Positions 50,971 through 61,697 of a stretch of DNA of 64,000 nucleotides are shown here, in pieces (position 1 is the stretch's first letter; every line of letters starts with the position of its first letter). This DNA comes from Candidatus Aminicenantes bacterium (lineage in GTDB: Bacteria > Acidobacteriota > Aminicenantia > S016-38). Below the pieces are notes generated by a model. It searched no databases, was not told the DNA's origin, and worked only from the letters and a program-made list of their open reading frames with translations. The stretch lies in assembly GCA_026987025.1 (NCBI GenBank), contig JALSNJ010000040.1, forward strand, positions 16,451-80,450, written 5' to 3'. Made by a program: the position numbers and the translations under genes.

Positions 50971-53269
50971 GGAAGTAGAGTTTGAAATTCCCGAGGAGCT
51001 GGTTCCCCGGGATTTTTCCAGGCTTAAGAGGGTTAAGGGGATAATCGGCCAGGAAACCGCCTTAAAAGCCCTTAAATTTGGCCTTAGCATAACCAAGAGG
51101 GGCTTCAATGTCTTTGTGGCCGGTGAGCCGGGAACCGGGAGAACTTCCGCCGTAAAAGCCTTTCTTGAGGAAATAGCGGCCAAGCGGAAAACTCCTCCCG
51201 ACCTCGTTTTCGTCAACAACTTTCAGGACCCCTACTCTCCCATTCCAATATTCCTCAAACCAGGGGATGGAAAGAGGCTGGTGGAGGTCCTCTCCCGGGC
51301 CATCAACGAACTTCTGGATTATGCCATAAGGATGGAGGCCAGCGAGGAGTTCAAGAAGGCCACGGAAGATAGAAGAAAGGAGTACGATAGAAAACACGAG
51401 GAATTCATTAAGAAGCTCAACCAGCTGGCCCTGAGCATGGGGTTTGTCCTGGAGGTTTCCCAGGGAGGGGTGGCCATAATCCCCTTAAAGGACGGCAGGA
51501 AGATCCCCCAGGAGGAATTTCAGAAACTGCCGGAGGAGGAGAAGAAGGAGATTCAGAGAAGGCGACAGCAACTGGAGGAGAAAATAGAGGAGCTTTCCAG
51601 GGCGAAGAAGGAGATGGACCAGCAGATGAGAAAAGCCATAGGGGAGGCGGTGAAGCAGATTCTGTCCGGGAAATGGGACGAATTAATGGGGGATGCTGTG
51701 CGAATTCTTTCCCAGAGCAAGGAAGGGAGAACATACCTTCGCCAGGCCAAGGAGGCCTTTTTGCAGATACCCCAGGAGGTCAAGGGGGTTCCCGCAGATG
51801 AAAGGGACAGCTGGTTAAAGGAGGTAAAGAAGAGATTTTCCGTCAACCTTGCCGTGGATAATTCCAAGCTCCGGGGAGCACCCCTTATAATAGAAACAAA
51901 TCCCACCTACAAGAACCTCTTCGGAGTTATAGAAAGGGAGGCAGTTTACGGAACTTATACCACGGACTTCACCATGATTAAGGTAGGTTCCCTTCTTAAA
52001 GCCAACGGAGGCTTTCTTATAGTCCACGCCGAGGATATGACCAATCCCCTTGTCTGGAAAAATCTCAAGAGGGCTTTGGATACAGGATGGGTCAGAATAG
52101 AGGACCTGGAGAGCCTTTTAAACCCCGTTTCCACCAAGGGAATAAAGCCCCTTCCCATACCCGTGGATGTTAAGGTCATCCTCATAGGTTCCTACGGCAT
52201 GTATTCCCTTCTCTATCGTCTGGACCCCGAGTTTAAGGAGGTGTTCAGGATAAAGGCGGAGTTCGATTGGTCCATGCCCATAAACAAAAAAAATCTGAGG
52301 GCCCTGGCCTCCTTCTTCAGGACCTATATTGAGGAGAGGGGATATCTTCCCCTCACCGTGGATGGATTCAAGGAGATGGTTAAATACCTGGCAAGACAGG
52401 TGGAAGGACGGGACAGGATGAGCACCAATTTTGGGCTTATGACCGAAATATTAGCGGAGGCGGACTTCCTTGCCAAGGAAGGGGGAAGAGGGGGTATAGA
52501 TGCCCGGGCAATTAAGCAAGCCATAAGTCAGAGGGAGGAGAGGATTTCCATCTTTAAGAGGAAGGAAATGGAGTTCTTCAAGAAAAACATCCTCAGGCTG
52601 GAGGTCAGCGGAAGGAAAGTTGGGCAGATAAACGGCTTGACCTATGTCAGCATTGATGGCCTTCGTTTCGGGCGTCCGGTGAAAATAACCGCCACCGCCG
52701 CCCCTGGAAAGGAGGGAATTGTAAACATAGAGAAGGAAGCGGCCCTTTCAGGCCCCATCCACACCAAGGGAGTTTGCATCATAAACGGACTGCTGGCCGA
52801 GAGGTTTGCCAGGGACTTTCCCCTTACCCTTTCGGCCAGGGTGGTTTTTGAACAGAGCTATTCGGAAATAGATGGGGATTCGGCCTCCGCCGCAGAATTT
52901 GTGGTTCTTCTTTCCGCCATAACCGGACTGCCGGTAAGGCAGAACTTTGCCCTTACCGGATCGGTTAATCAGAAGGGGGAGATTCAGGCGGTGGGGGGCG
53001 TTAACGAAAAAATAGAGGGTTTCTTTGAGGTTTGCAGAATGAAGGGACTTAGAGGGAAAAAGGGGGTGGTCATCCCGGCGGACAACCTTCTGGACCTGAA
53101 CCTAAGGGATGAGGTGCTTCACGCTGTAAGGGAAGGTAAGTTTGAAATTCACACGGCTCAAAACATAGAGGAGGTGGCGGAATTTATGATGGGCAGGCCC
53201 TTTGAGGAAATAAGGAAGAGGGCTACGGAAAAGCTCCGTCGCTTTTACTCCCTTTCCAGGGAGGGATAA
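50951..53269 (+). CDS. Lon-like protease, LonC/AAA_32 type
   Basis: [16 protein letters not shown], long coiled-coil insert, [26 protein letters not shown]...[16 protein letters not shown]. Confidence 0.92.
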   Translation: MRRLTPEEVEFEIPEELVPRDFSRLKRVKGIIGQETALKALKFGLSITKRGFNVFVAGEPGTGRTSAVKAFLEEIAAKRKTPPDLVFVNNFQDPYSPIPIFLKPGDGKRLVEVLSRAINELLDYAIRMEASEEFKKATEDRRKEYDRKHEEFIKKLNQLALSMGFVLEVSQGGVAIIPLKDGRKIPQEEFQKLPEEEKKEIQRRRQQLEEKIEELSRAKKEMDQQMRKAIGEAVKQILSGKWDELMGDAVRILSQSKEGRTYLRQAKEAFLQIPQEVKGVPADERDSWLKEVKKRFSVNLAVDNSKLRGAPLIIETNPTYKNLFGVIEREAVYGTYTTDFTMIKVGSLLKANGGFLIVHAEDMTNPLVWKNLKRALDTGWVRIEDLESLLNPVSTKGIKPLPIPVDVKVILIGSYGMYSLLYRLDPEFKEVFRIKAEFDWSMPINKKNLRALASFFRTYIEERGYLPLTVDGFKEMVKYLARQVEGRDRMSTNFGLMTEILAEADFLAKEGGRGGIDARAIKQAISQREERISIFKRKEMEFFKKNILRLEVSGRKVGQINGLTYVSIDGLRFGRPVKITATAAPGKEGIVNIEKEAALSGPIHTKGVCIINGLLAERFARDFPLTLSARVVFEQSYSEIDGDSASAAEFVVLLSAITGLPVRQNFALTGSVNQKGEIQAVGGVNEKIEGFFEVCRMKGLRGKKGVVIPADNLLDLNLRDEVLHAVREGKFEIHTAQNIEEVAEFMMGRPFEEIRKRATEKLRRFYSLSREG

Positions 53270-53991
53270 TAGGGTTCCTGGAAAATCTTCTCCAGCTCCC
53301 GCTGGCTTAGATACCGCCATTGTCCCTTTTTTAAGTTTCCGAGGCGGAGGGAGCCTATGGCTTCCCTCTTAAGATAGACCACCCGGAATCCGTAGGATAG
53401 GAAAAATCTCCTCACCACCCTCTTCATTCCTTCGTGTAGAATTATCCTGTATTTTTTCCTCCCCAGCCTTTGAAGGAGGTCCGGTACCACCCTCCTGCCA
53501 TGGATGAAGGTTCCCTTCCTCATGTTCCCCAGCATCTGTGGTGGCACTTCCCTGTCGGTTTTTACCAAATAGCTCTTTTTTATTCCGAAGCTGGGGTGGG
53601 TTATTCTGTAAGCCAGTTCCCCATCGTTGGTGAGTATGAGGAGCCCTTCTGTCTCTTTGTCCAGCCTGCCCACAGGAAACACTCTTTCAGTAACTTCCCC
53701 CAGAAGTTCCAAAACGGTTTTTTCCCCGAACTGGGACTTTGTGGAGGTTACAAATCCTGCGGGCTTGTTCAGCATTATGTAAATTTTCTTCTGGGGAAGT
53801 TTTACTTCCTTCCCGTCCACCTCCACCCGGTTTTTCCCGGGGATTATTCTTTCCCCAATCTTGGCCGGTCTTCCGTCCACGAAGACCCTTCCCTGCCTTA
53901 TGAGCTCCTCCGCCTTCCTTCGGGAACATATCCCGGCCATGGCTATGAACTTCTGAAGCTTCATGTCCGCTCTCATTTTCCCCGGACCCAT
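53245..53991 (-). CDS. RsuA/RluB family rRNA pseudouridine synthase
   Basis: S4 domain (LQKFIA-GICSRRKAE), LNKPAG, PVGRLDKETEGLLILTNDG; start uncertain (53991/53976/53964). Confidence 0.93.
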   Translation of the reverse strand: MGPGKMRADMKLQKFIAMAGICSRRKAEELIRQGRVFVDGRPAKIGERIIPGKNRVEVDGKEVKLPQKKIYIMLNKPAGFVTSTKSQFGEKTVLELLGEVTERVFPVGRLDKETEGLLILTNDGELAYRITHPSFGIKKSYLVKTDREVPPQMLGNMRKGTFIHGRRVVPDLLQRLGRKKYRIILHEGMKRVVRRFFLSYGFRVVYLKREAIGSLRLGNLKKGQWRYLSQRELEKIFQEPYYPSLERE

Positions 53992-55826
53992 ATGGCTCTG
54001 GAGGACAGGTTCCCTGCGAAGTCCCGGGCCTGAACCTTTAGAAGGTGTTTACCCTTGGGAATCTTTATCCTGCTGAAGGCAAGCCCCGCATCGTAGTCGT
54101 ATTCAGGGATAAATCTTTTCTTCCCTATGGAAATGTAGATTTCCTCCGGATTCACTCCGCTTCCCCCGTCGGTTATCTTCACGAATATTTTGCCTTTTTT
54201 TATACGAATCCTGCCTATTCTGGGAGGAGCGATGTCCTTAGCCACCACGAAGACGCCCAGAAGCTTGGTTTTTGCCCTCAGGCGGTTTTCCATCAGGGTG
54301 GGCTTAAGTAAGGACCATCCCCTGGAGAACTTCCTGTAAATCCCCACGGTGCTGTCAAATTTTCCCTCAAATTTCATTTCCACCGTGGCGGGATTTTTTA
54401 AAAGAGCTTCCCTGGGGGTTATGAGGTAGAAAGGGGAGAGGGGCAGGAGTTCCCGGGGGAGCTTCTGGGGGGGGATCCTGGAAACCCTCAGGTTCAGGCC
54501 CGGAAAGCTTCCCGGGAGGGCTTTGATTTTTATTTCAGAGGCAGAGTTTGCTATGCGAAAATGGAATCCCTGTACTGTTAGCTCTTCTTCCCCGGGGCTT
54601 AGCACCGAAAAGCATTCCCCCTGACAAAACATGGGGGAAGCAATGGTTCCCCTGGGCAATACTACCCTTTCCCATCCTATGTGGGCTTCTATTCTCCTGG
54701 GGCGGAGCTTCTCCCCTGACTTCAGAGCTTTTCCCCTGTAAAGGATTATCCAGGGGGAAGAGAAACCCCCTGCCCTGACCTTGAAGCGTATATACCCCTG
54801 CGAAGGAATTCTCCCCTTAACCCTTTCCCATCCCTTTACTCCCCATTTATGGGGGCAGCAAATCCCTTTCAGGGAGAAGGGAGAAGGCCAGTGGCGGAGA
54901 AGAAGTTGCACCCGGGAGGAGTTTCCCCGTATGTTCTGGCCGATAACCCTCAGGGTGTGCTCTCCCTTCTCAATACAAAGGGGAGGGGAGGAGAAGGGCG
55001 GAATCACATAATACGGACTTTTGGGGGAGGATAGGGCTAAATTATAGAACCACCCTGCGGTGTGGTTCAGAGAAAACTGAAATTCGTCTCCCCTCAGCTC
55101 AAAAACCTTTTTCCCGTCAAAGTAGGCCTGCAAACGGTAAATCCCGCACCTTCCCTTGCATTTCTCGTAGCCTCGGAGGAAAAGCCTGAAGCAACCGTGT
55201 ACCGGTATTTCTCTCCTTTCCGGAAGCCCGCCGTAAAACCTGGTGGGGCTGAGGCCCACAAAGCTTCCGGGGGAAGCAACTTCAAGGATGTAGGAGCGAA
55301 AAACCACCGGACCTGTGCTGGTAGGGAGGAATTTCAGAGGGTTCAGGGGACGGGTTTCCCCTTTCCTTATCTCAAAATGAAGGTGTGGGCCCCCTGCCCC
55401 CATGGAGCCACTGTAGCCTATGATCTGGCCTCTTTTTACCTTTATGGGTTTTTCCAGGTAATAATTGCCTATATATTTTCTCCCGATTTTTTTCCCCAGG
55501 CTTCTTATAAGGTCCTCCAGGCCAAGCCGCCGGTTTTCAAACCTCAAAAGATGGCCGTATACCGTGACATATCCTCCGGGATGCCTTATGTAAAGGGCCC
55601 TTCCGAAGCCGTACCAGTGGTAAAAAATCCTGAAAATCTCTCCTGAGGCCGCTGCCCTCACGGGAAGCCCTGTCCTTCTGTAGGTGCTGAGGTCAACCCC
55701 GCTGTGAAAATGGGTGGTTCTGTATTCGTAGAAGGTGGAGGTCAGGGCGGTAAAGGGCTTCAGGGGCCATATAAAACCCTGGGCCTTGAGCAAATAGACG
55801 GCCAGGAGGAAGGAAATTCTTTTCAC
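53973..55826 (-). CDS. Exported M23 family metallopeptidase
   Basis: Signal peptide; EYRTTHFHSGVD (HxxxD), YGHL, GPHLHFEIR (HxH); C-terminal Ig-like domain. Confidence 0.9.
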   Translation of the reverse strand: MKRISFLLAVYLLKAQGFIWPLKPFTALTSTFYEYRTTHFHSGVDLSTYRRTGLPVRAAASGEIFRIFYHWYGFGRALYIRHPGGYVTVYGHLLRFENRRLGLEDLIRSLGKKIGRKYIGNYYLEKPIKVKRGQIIGYSGSMGAGGPHLHFEIRKGETRPLNPLKFLPTSTGPVVFRSYILEVASPGSFVGLSPTRFYGGLPERREIPVHGCFRLFLRGYEKCKGRCGIYRLQAYFDGKKVFELRGDEFQFSLNHTAGWFYNLALSSPKSPYYVIPPFSSPPLCIEKGEHTLRVIGQNIRGNSSRVQLLLRHWPSPFSLKGICCPHKWGVKGWERVKGRIPSQGYIRFKVRAGGFSSPWIILYRGKALKSGEKLRPRRIEAHIGWERVVLPRGTIASPMFCQGECFSVLSPGEEELTVQGFHFRIANSASEIKIKALPGSFPGLNLRVSRIPPQKLPRELLPLSPFYLITPREALLKNPATVEMKFEGKFDSTVGIYRKFSRGWSLLKPTLMENRLRAKTKLLGVFVVAKDIAPPRIGRIRIKKGKIFVKITDGGSGVNPEEIYISIGKKRFIPEYDYDAGLAFSRIKIPKGKHLLKVQARDFAGNLSSRAIWVRGK

Positions 55827-55886
55827 TCTGGATATTTTAAACTAAAGGAGCTTTGAGGGAAACCAAAATTCCGTTATCATTACTAC

Positions 55887-56342
55887 ATGATTAATCTTTC
55901 CCTTTACTTGAAGAAGGACCTAATTAAATTGGGGGAGGAGCTTTCCAGCAAGGAGGAAGTCCTCCGCAGGATAGCGGAGCTTCTTTCCGGGGGAGGCTAT
56001 GTGGAGGACCTGGAGAAGGCCTTCTCCGAGCTCAAGAGGAGGGAGGAAATTCAATCCACGGGCATCGGGGGAGGTATAGCCGTGCCTCACCTGCTCTGCG
56101 ACATAGAGGAGCCCGTGGTGGGATTTATGACCCTGAAGGCCCCTGTAGAATTTGATGCCCTGGACGGAAAGCCGGTGGATGTGGTTTTCTTTACCGCTGC
56201 CCCCAATCCCAACCTTCACCTGAGAATGCTGGCCCGCCTGGCCAGGTTGGTTAAATCATCTGGGATAGTGGACAGGATAAGAAAGGCCGAAGGTCCCGAG
56301 GAGGCCTACGAGGCCTTTAAGCAGGAGGAGATAAGTCTGTGA
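55887..56342 (+). CDS. PTS EIIA (Ntr/fructose-type) stand-alone domain
   Basis: REEIQSTGIGGGIAVPH (phospho-His), FDALDGKPV, HLRMLARLAR. Confidence 0.92.
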   Translation: MINLSLYLKKDLIKLGEELSSKEEVLRRIAELLSGGGYVEDLEKAFSELKRREEIQSTGIGGGIAVPHLLCDIEEPVVGFMTLKAPVEFDALDGKPVDVVFFTAAPNPNLHLRMLARLARLVKSSGIVDRIRKAEGPEEAYEAFKQEEISL

Positions 56343-56668
56343 AGCTTTTGGTAGCAGTCATAGTGAAAAGGGAAAAGTTTGAGGAACTCCTGGAGGCCCT
56401 CATTGAGATAGGGACTCCAGGGATAACCATCCTGGATTCCGTGGGGGCCATAGATTATCTGAAGGAGGAAGTTCCCATCTTCGCAGGTTTCAGGGCCCTT
56501 TTTGATGGGAAGACCGCCTTTTCCAAGACCATCTTTTCGGTGATCCCGGATGAGATGGAGGAAGGAGTTCTGAATGAGATTGAAAAGGTCCTGGGGGACC
56601 TGGGCAAGCCCGATACTGGAATAGCCTTCACCCTGCCGGTCTCAAAGGTAAGGGGTCTCAGAAAATAG
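56339..56668 (+). CDS. P-II-like (GlnB-fold) protein
   Basis: MKLLVAVI, GITILDSVG, GIAFTLPVSKVRG; GTGA overlap with EIIA. Confidence 0.75.
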   Translation: MKLLVAVIVKREKFEELLEALIEIGTPGITILDSVGAIDYLKEEVPIFAGFRALFDGKTAFSKTIFSVIPDEMEEGVLNEIEKVLGDLGKPDTGIAFTLPVSKVRGLRK

Positions 56669-56728
56669 TAACCTTTTCCCCTGAAATTCGTATAAAATTC
56701 TTTACCTTTCATAATGAAGGAGGCAGTT

Positions 56729-58861
56729 ATGAGATTGAGAGGTTTGGGTTTCCTTTTATCCTTCTCCCTTTTTCTTTTGGGAGCCTCCCATCCGAGGCTT
56801 AAAATACCGAGGCTCCAGGGAAAGATAAAAATTGACGGAAGGCTGACGGAGCCGGCCTGGGAGAAGGCAACGGTGATCTCCCACCTGACCCAGCAGGAAC
56901 CGGTGGAAAATTCCCCGGCCACGGAGAAAACTAAGGTTTACATCTTCTACGATAAGGACTTCCTTTACATAGGGGTGAAGTGCCTTGACAGTCAACCGGA
57001 TAGGATAACCGCCTTCTGGATGAAGAGGGATTTTCCCATCAGGGATGACGATTATGTGGAGGTGCTCATAGACCCCTTCAACGACAGAAGAAACGCCTAT
57101 GTTTTCGCCGTAAATCCCAACGGAGCCAAGTTTGATGGCCTCGTTATAAACAATTCCGAAAGGGTTTACCCGGCCTGGGACGGCATATGGTATGCGGCGG
57201 CCAGCAGGGACGGGAAGGGGTGGTATGCTGAGATGGTCATACCTTTTAAAACCCTTTCCTTCAATCCGAAAACCAGGGTCTGGGGTTTTAACATCATGAG
57301 GAAGATAAAGAGAAAGATGGAGGAGGACCGCTGGGCTTCCCCCTTTCACCAGGTTTATTTCACCAAGGTGGCGGAGGCGGGATACATAGAGGGGATTGAG
57401 AACATCGTGCAGGGAAAGGGTCTTGATGTGAGGCCCTATGGACTGGTGGGTGAGGAAGTGAAGGAGGAAGGAAGCGGAGAAAGGTTGATTTACAACGGAG
57501 GTCTGGATGTTTTCTACAACATAACCCCGGCCCTTAAAGCATCCCTTACCTACAACACGGATTTTGCAGAAACGGAGGTGGACGAGCGAAGGATAAACCT
57601 CACCAGATTCCCCCTGTTTTACCCTGAAAAGAGGAGGTTTTTCTTGGAGGGGAGCGATATATTTTCCTTCTCCGGAGCCCATCCCTTTTCCTTCATCCCC
57701 TTCTATTCCAGGAGGATAGGTCTGGTGGAAGGAGAACAGATCCCCATCCTCGGTGGGGTTAAGGTCACCGGAAGGGCAGGGGATTACAACATAGGGATAC
57801 TGGACATAGCCACCAAGGATTACGAGGATATCAAAGGAAGAAACTTCTTCGTGACCAGAATCTCCAAGAATATCTGGGACGAATCCCTCATAGGTTTCAT
57901 TTTTACCAGCGGAAACCCCCAGGGGGATGCCCGAAACTCCCTTTTCGGGGTGGACTTTAAGTACGGAACCTCCAGGTTCCTCAGGGATAAGAATTTATAT
58001 GTGGTTGGATACTACCTCAGGAGCTTTTCCAGTGACCTGGGCGAAGATTCCCTCTTCGGAGCCTATATAGATTATCCCAACGACACCGTGGACAACTATA
58101 TAAGCTTTATACAGGTGGGGGAGAATTTTTATCCTGCCCTGGGGTTTGTCATGAGAACAGGGATAAGAAGACTACATGTAGGCCTTTCCTACAATCCCAG
58201 GGTGAACGGCAGATTCATAAGGCAGTTTTTCTTTGAGCTTCGGGGAACCGTTACCACTGACCTTAGCGGAAGGGTTGTGGAGTGGAGGCTCTTTACCGCC
58301 CCCTTTAATGTTAGAACCCAATCCGGGGAGCACCTGGAGTTCAACTACATGCCCTATTTTGATTACTTAGATTATCCCTTTGAAGTCTACGAAGGCATAG
58401 TGATACCCCCCGGCAAATACACCATGGATAAGTTCAGGGTGGAGATAAATACCTCCAGGAAGAGGGCCTGGGTTTTTGACCTTTCCGCCAGATTTGGAGA
58501 ATACTACACCGGTCACGCCCTTACCCTGGAGACAGGTCTGCAGCTCAAGCCATCCAGGCATTTGAATCTGGAGATCGTCAGGGAAGGCAATTATGTGCGG
58601 CTTCCCGAGGGTAATTTCAACGCCCAGGTGATCCAGATAAAGTTTGACATTTATTTTAGCCCCAAAGTTTATTTTCAGAACTACATCCAATACGACGATA
58701 TAAGCAAGAGCTGGGGCATTAATTCCAGATTCCGCTGGATAATAAAGGAGGGCAACGACCTTTTCCTCGTCTTCAATCAGGGCTGGGGGAATCCTTTAGA
58801 CCGCTGGTCAGTCCTTTACCGCAAGGCCGAGGTGAAACTTCAATACACCTTCCGCTTTTAA
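56729..58861 (+). CDS. CBM9-like + DUF5916 outer-membrane protein
   Basis: Signal peptide, IKIDGRLTEPAW, FAVNPNG, EMVIPFKTL, NTDFAETEVD, FYPEKRRFFLEG, FYSRRIG, C-terminal YTFRF; ATG 56729 has SD AAGGAGG. Confidence 0.88.
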   Translation: MRLRGLGFLLSFSLFLLGASHPRLKIPRLQGKIKIDGRLTEPAWEKATVISHLTQQEPVENSPATEKTKVYIFYDKDFLYIGVKCLDSQPDRITAFWMKRDFPIRDDDYVEVLIDPFNDRRNAYVFAVNPNGAKFDGLVINNSERVYPAWDGIWYAAASRDGKGWYAEMVIPFKTLSFNPKTRVWGFNIMRKIKRKMEEDRWASPFHQVYFTKVAEAGYIEGIENIVQGKGLDVRPYGLVGEEVKEEGSGERLIYNGGLDVFYNITPALKASLTYNTDFAETEVDERRINLTRFPLFYPEKRRFFLEGSDIFSFSGAHPFSFIPFYSRRIGLVEGEQIPILGGVKVTGRAGDYNIGILDIATKDYEDIKGRNFFVTRISKNIWDESLIGFIFTSGNPQGDARNSLFGVDFKYGTSRFLRDKNLYVVGYYLRSFSSDLGEDSLFGAYIDYPNDTVDNYISFIQVGENFYPALGFVMRTGIRRLHVGLSYNPRVNGRFIRQFFFELRGTVTTDLSGRVVEWRLFTAPFNVRTQSGEHLEFNYMPYFDYLDYPFEVYEGIVIPPGKYTMDKFRVEINTSRKRAWVFDLSARFGEYYTGHALTLETGLQLKPSRHLNLEIVREGNYVRLPEGNFNAQVIQIKFDIYFSPKVYFQNYIQYDDISKSWGINSRFRWIIKEGNDLFLVFNQGWGNPLDRWSVLYRKAEVKLQYTFRF

Positions 58862-58862
58862 T

Positions 58863-61022
58863 TTATCTTACGATCTGCAGTTCCTGGAGAATTCTTTTAG
58901 CCCCCTGGAATTTATCGGTGATGAAGAGCACATACCTGGCGTCCACGGAGATGGACCTGGTGATGGGGGGCCAGAAGTAGTAGTCGCTCACCACGCTTTC
59001 CAGGTTGCCGTCAAAAAGGAGTCCCACCAGTTCGCCCCTTCCGTTAAGAACCGGGGAGCCTGAATTTCCTCCCGTGGTATCGTGGGTGGTCAGGAAATCC
59101 ACGGGGATATCCTGGAGTTCGGGGTCTTCGTAGGGGCCGAAGTCCCTGCTTTGCCAGAGTTTTTTGAGTTTTTCCGGGACTATGAAGGGTTCCCTTCCGG
59201 TTTCCTTTTCCATCACTCCCCGGAGGGTCGTCTGGGGAAGGTAGAAGACGGCATCCCTGGGAGAATACCCTTTCACGGTTCCATAGGTCAATCGTAGGGT
59301 TCCGTTGGCGTCAGGATACATGAATTCTCCTCCGAAGACCTCCCTCCACAGGGCATAGTACTTGGGCAGGAAATCCAGGGACTTTCCCGAAAGAACCTTG
59401 CCCTGTCTTTCCATGGCATCCAGTTCGGGCAAAAGCTCTAAGGCGAATTTTATGAAGGGGTCCTGGCATTTTACTATCCTGCTGTAAGGGGAATTGAAGA
59501 GGGCCAGTCTGGTTTTGAGGTCCCCCAGTTTTGTTTTGCTGTAGAGCTCATCAAGGAAGGCCTCTATATTCTTTTCGGAAAAATCCCCGCCAAGCACCCT
59601 TTCCACGGCCTTCAACCTGTATTCCTTAGGTACCTTTCCCTGTTGCATGAGGAAGTATTTGAGAACCTGCCTGTCGGTCCAGGGTTCATAGGCCATATCC
59701 ACCATTTTCAGGCGGATGATGTGGTTTTCCCTATCCCGGTCCATGTAGCCGGGCTTCCTGTCTATGTCCTTCTTCATCCTTTCCCTGGTCCAGTAAACTA
59801 TCTCCAGGGCAGCCGAGAGCAGCCTTGAACCGTAGGGAAACCATCCGGAGTAAAAGCTCTTCATGGTTAAAGCCTTCCATTCCTGGAAGAACTCCCGGTA
59901 GCGGGGCAGAACATCGGAATACTCCGTTTTTAACTCAGGCGATGCTTCAACGGCCTTCAAGAGCTTCTCTTCCAGCCTCTTTTTCTTCTCCACAACCTTC
60001 AGCCTCTTAAATCCATCCAGCTGGCCTCTCCAGTTTTTAATGGCGTTGTTGAGGCCTTTGAGAATGCCGGCGTTTTTAAGCCTGGCCAATTTTCCCCTTT
60101 TGGATCCCTCCTCCAGGATTTTTATCCAGCCTTCTAAGAATTTTATTCGCCCTGGATAATATTCCTTTTCCATGAATTCTGCGTAAAAGCTGGGCATATA
60201 CCTCTGGGTGGCCCCCGGGTATCCTAAGATTAACATGAAATCCCCAGGGTTTATGTTTCGGGCGGAAAATTTAAGGTAAACCATGGGCTGGTAGGGGACA
60301 TTTTTCGGCGAGTATTCTGCCGGCTTACCGTCCGGCCCCACATAAGCCCTGAGAAAGGAAAAATCCCCTGTATGGCGGGGCCACATCCAGTTGTCAATTT
60401 CCCCTCCGTAGTTTCCTATGCTGGAGGGGGGAACATAGACTATCCTTATGTCCTTGAGTTCAAGGTAGGTAAAGAGATAATATTTTTCGCCTCCGTAAAA
60501 ACTACGAATAACGCAGCGATAGCCGGGTTTTTCCCTCCTTTTTATGAGCCTTTTCCTGTTCTTCTCCAGCCTCATGTACCTCTTATAGGGATCCCTTATC
60601 TTCATTACCCCCTTGAGGACTTCGCCCGTCACATCCTCCATTTTGAGAAGAACCAGGGCTTTGTAGCCAGGGGCAGGTATCTCATCCTTCATGGTTTCAG
60701 CTAAGAAGCCCTTTCTTATAAGGTCAATTCCCCTGCTGGCGCTCTGACGCTGGATAGCTCCGAAGGCCACATGGTGATTGGTTACTATAAGACCTTTCGG
60801 GGAGACGAAGGAACCCGTTCCTCCCATCAGGTTCACCACCGCCTGGGAGAGGGAAGGACCTCCCTGCTTCCAGATATCTTCCGGAGTGAGCTGTAGCCCC
60901 ATGGACTTCATCCTCTGGTAAAGGGCGGGGGTGATCCTTTGAGGTAAAAACATCCCCTCTTCCGAAAATAAATAGAAGAAAGCAGCGGCGAAAGCCAACA
61001 GAAAAACGAGAAATTTTCTCAT
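58863..61022 (-). CDS. S46 family dipeptidyl peptidase (DPP7-like)
   Basis: EEGMFLP, TGSFVS, TNHH, NWMWPRHTGDF, DANGTLR, TTGGNSGSPV, FDGN. Confidence 0.95.
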   Translation of the reverse strand: MRKFLVFLLAFAAAFFYLFSEEGMFLPQRITPALYQRMKSMGLQLTPEDIWKQGGPSLSQAVVNLMGGTGSFVSPKGLIVTNHHVAFGAIQRQSASRGIDLIRKGFLAETMKDEIPAPGYKALVLLKMEDVTGEVLKGVMKIRDPYKRYMRLEKNRKRLIKRREKPGYRCVIRSFYGGEKYYLFTYLELKDIRIVYVPPSSIGNYGGEIDNWMWPRHTGDFSFLRAYVGPDGKPAEYSPKNVPYQPMVYLKFSARNINPGDFMLILGYPGATQRYMPSFYAEFMEKEYYPGRIKFLEGWIKILEEGSKRGKLARLKNAGILKGLNNAIKNWRGQLDGFKRLKVVEKKKRLEEKLLKAVEASPELKTEYSDVLPRYREFFQEWKALTMKSFYSGWFPYGSRLLSAALEIVYWTRERMKKDIDRKPGYMDRDRENHIIRLKMVDMAYEPWTDRQVLKYFLMQQGKVPKEYRLKAVERVLGGDFSEKNIEAFLDELYSKTKLGDLKTRLALFNSPYSRIVKCQDPFIKFALELLPELDAMERQGKVLSGKSLDFLPKYYALWREVFGGEFMYPDANGTLRLTYGTVKGYSPRDAVFYLPQTTLRGVMEKETGREPFIVPEKLKKLWQSRDFGPYEDPELQDIPVDFLTTHDTTGGNSGSPVLNGRGELVGLLFDGNLESVVSDYYFWPPITRSISVDARYVLFITDKFQGAKRILQELQIVR

Positions 61023-61085
61023 ACGGCCCTCCTTGAAGCTTTTACATGAAATTTTACGAAAGGGAGGAAAAAAAGTTTACAAAAT

Positions 61086-61112
61086 AAAAAAACCCCGTCC
61101 TTTCGGACGGGG
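61086..61112 (-). terminator. Intrinsic terminator after the pilin gene
   Basis: Minus strand CCCCGTCC-GAAA-GGACGGGG followed by T7. Confidence 0.9.
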
Positions 61113-61132
61113 CGAAGAATTATTAGATAAGC

Positions 61133-61606
61133 TTACTGCTTAGTCCTGGGTCCGCAGACAAGCTGACCGTTGGAGAAAATGATCTCCCGGTCAAACTCAG
61201 CGAGGGTGGTGGGAGGGTCGTAGAGGGTAAAGTTGGCTCCTATAGCGCAGTCACAGATGTCTCCGCAGCTGGCGTTCTTTCCAGGGGAGCCCACTATGTA
61301 GTCTCCTGGATCCGTGTTGTACTGATACTGAAAGGTGTGTCCCCAGGCATCAATAGTCTTCAGAGCCTGGATGTAGAAGCCGCTGTTCTGGGTAAGAACT
61401 GCCAGGTCAGTGGGGGGAGTGTTGTTGTCCAGCCTGTACTCCTCAATGGCCGTGGCGATGTTCCTCAGGTCGGCCATGGTGGATTTCTGTTTGGATTTCT
61501 GGATGGCCACCATAAGGTTGGGGATCAGAATGGCGGCCAGAATTCCGATAATGGCCACCACGATGAGCAACTCAATAAGGGTAAATCCCTTTTGTCTTTT
61601 TCTCAT
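61133..61606 (-). CDS. Type IV pilin / GspG-like prepilin
   Basis: Short basic leader, G|FTLIELLIVVAIIGILAAILIP (E5), DAWG, four C-terminal Cys; SD AAGGAGGT. Confidence 0.92.
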   Translation of the reverse strand: MRKRQKGFTLIELLIVVAIIGILAAILIPNLMVAIQKSKQKSTMADLRNIATAIEEYRLDNNTPPTDLAVLTQNSGFYIQALKTIDAWGHTFQYQYNTDPGDYIVGSPGKNASCGDICDCAIGANFTLYDPPTTLAEFDREIIFSNGQLVCGPRTKQ

Positions 61607-61645
61607 CGTTTACCTCCTTAAATTTTTATTTTTCAACTTATTAAC

Positions 61646-61661
61646 AGCAAGAAGCATGCCA
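61646..61661 (-). promoter_or_regulatory. Sigma-54 (-24/-12) promoter of the pilin gene
   Basis: Minus strand TGGCAT-GCTTC-TTGCT, 40 nt upstream of the ATG. Confidence 0.82.
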
Positions 61662-61697
61662 GACAGAAGGGTTTTTACAGGCCCCATCTCCCTCGCG

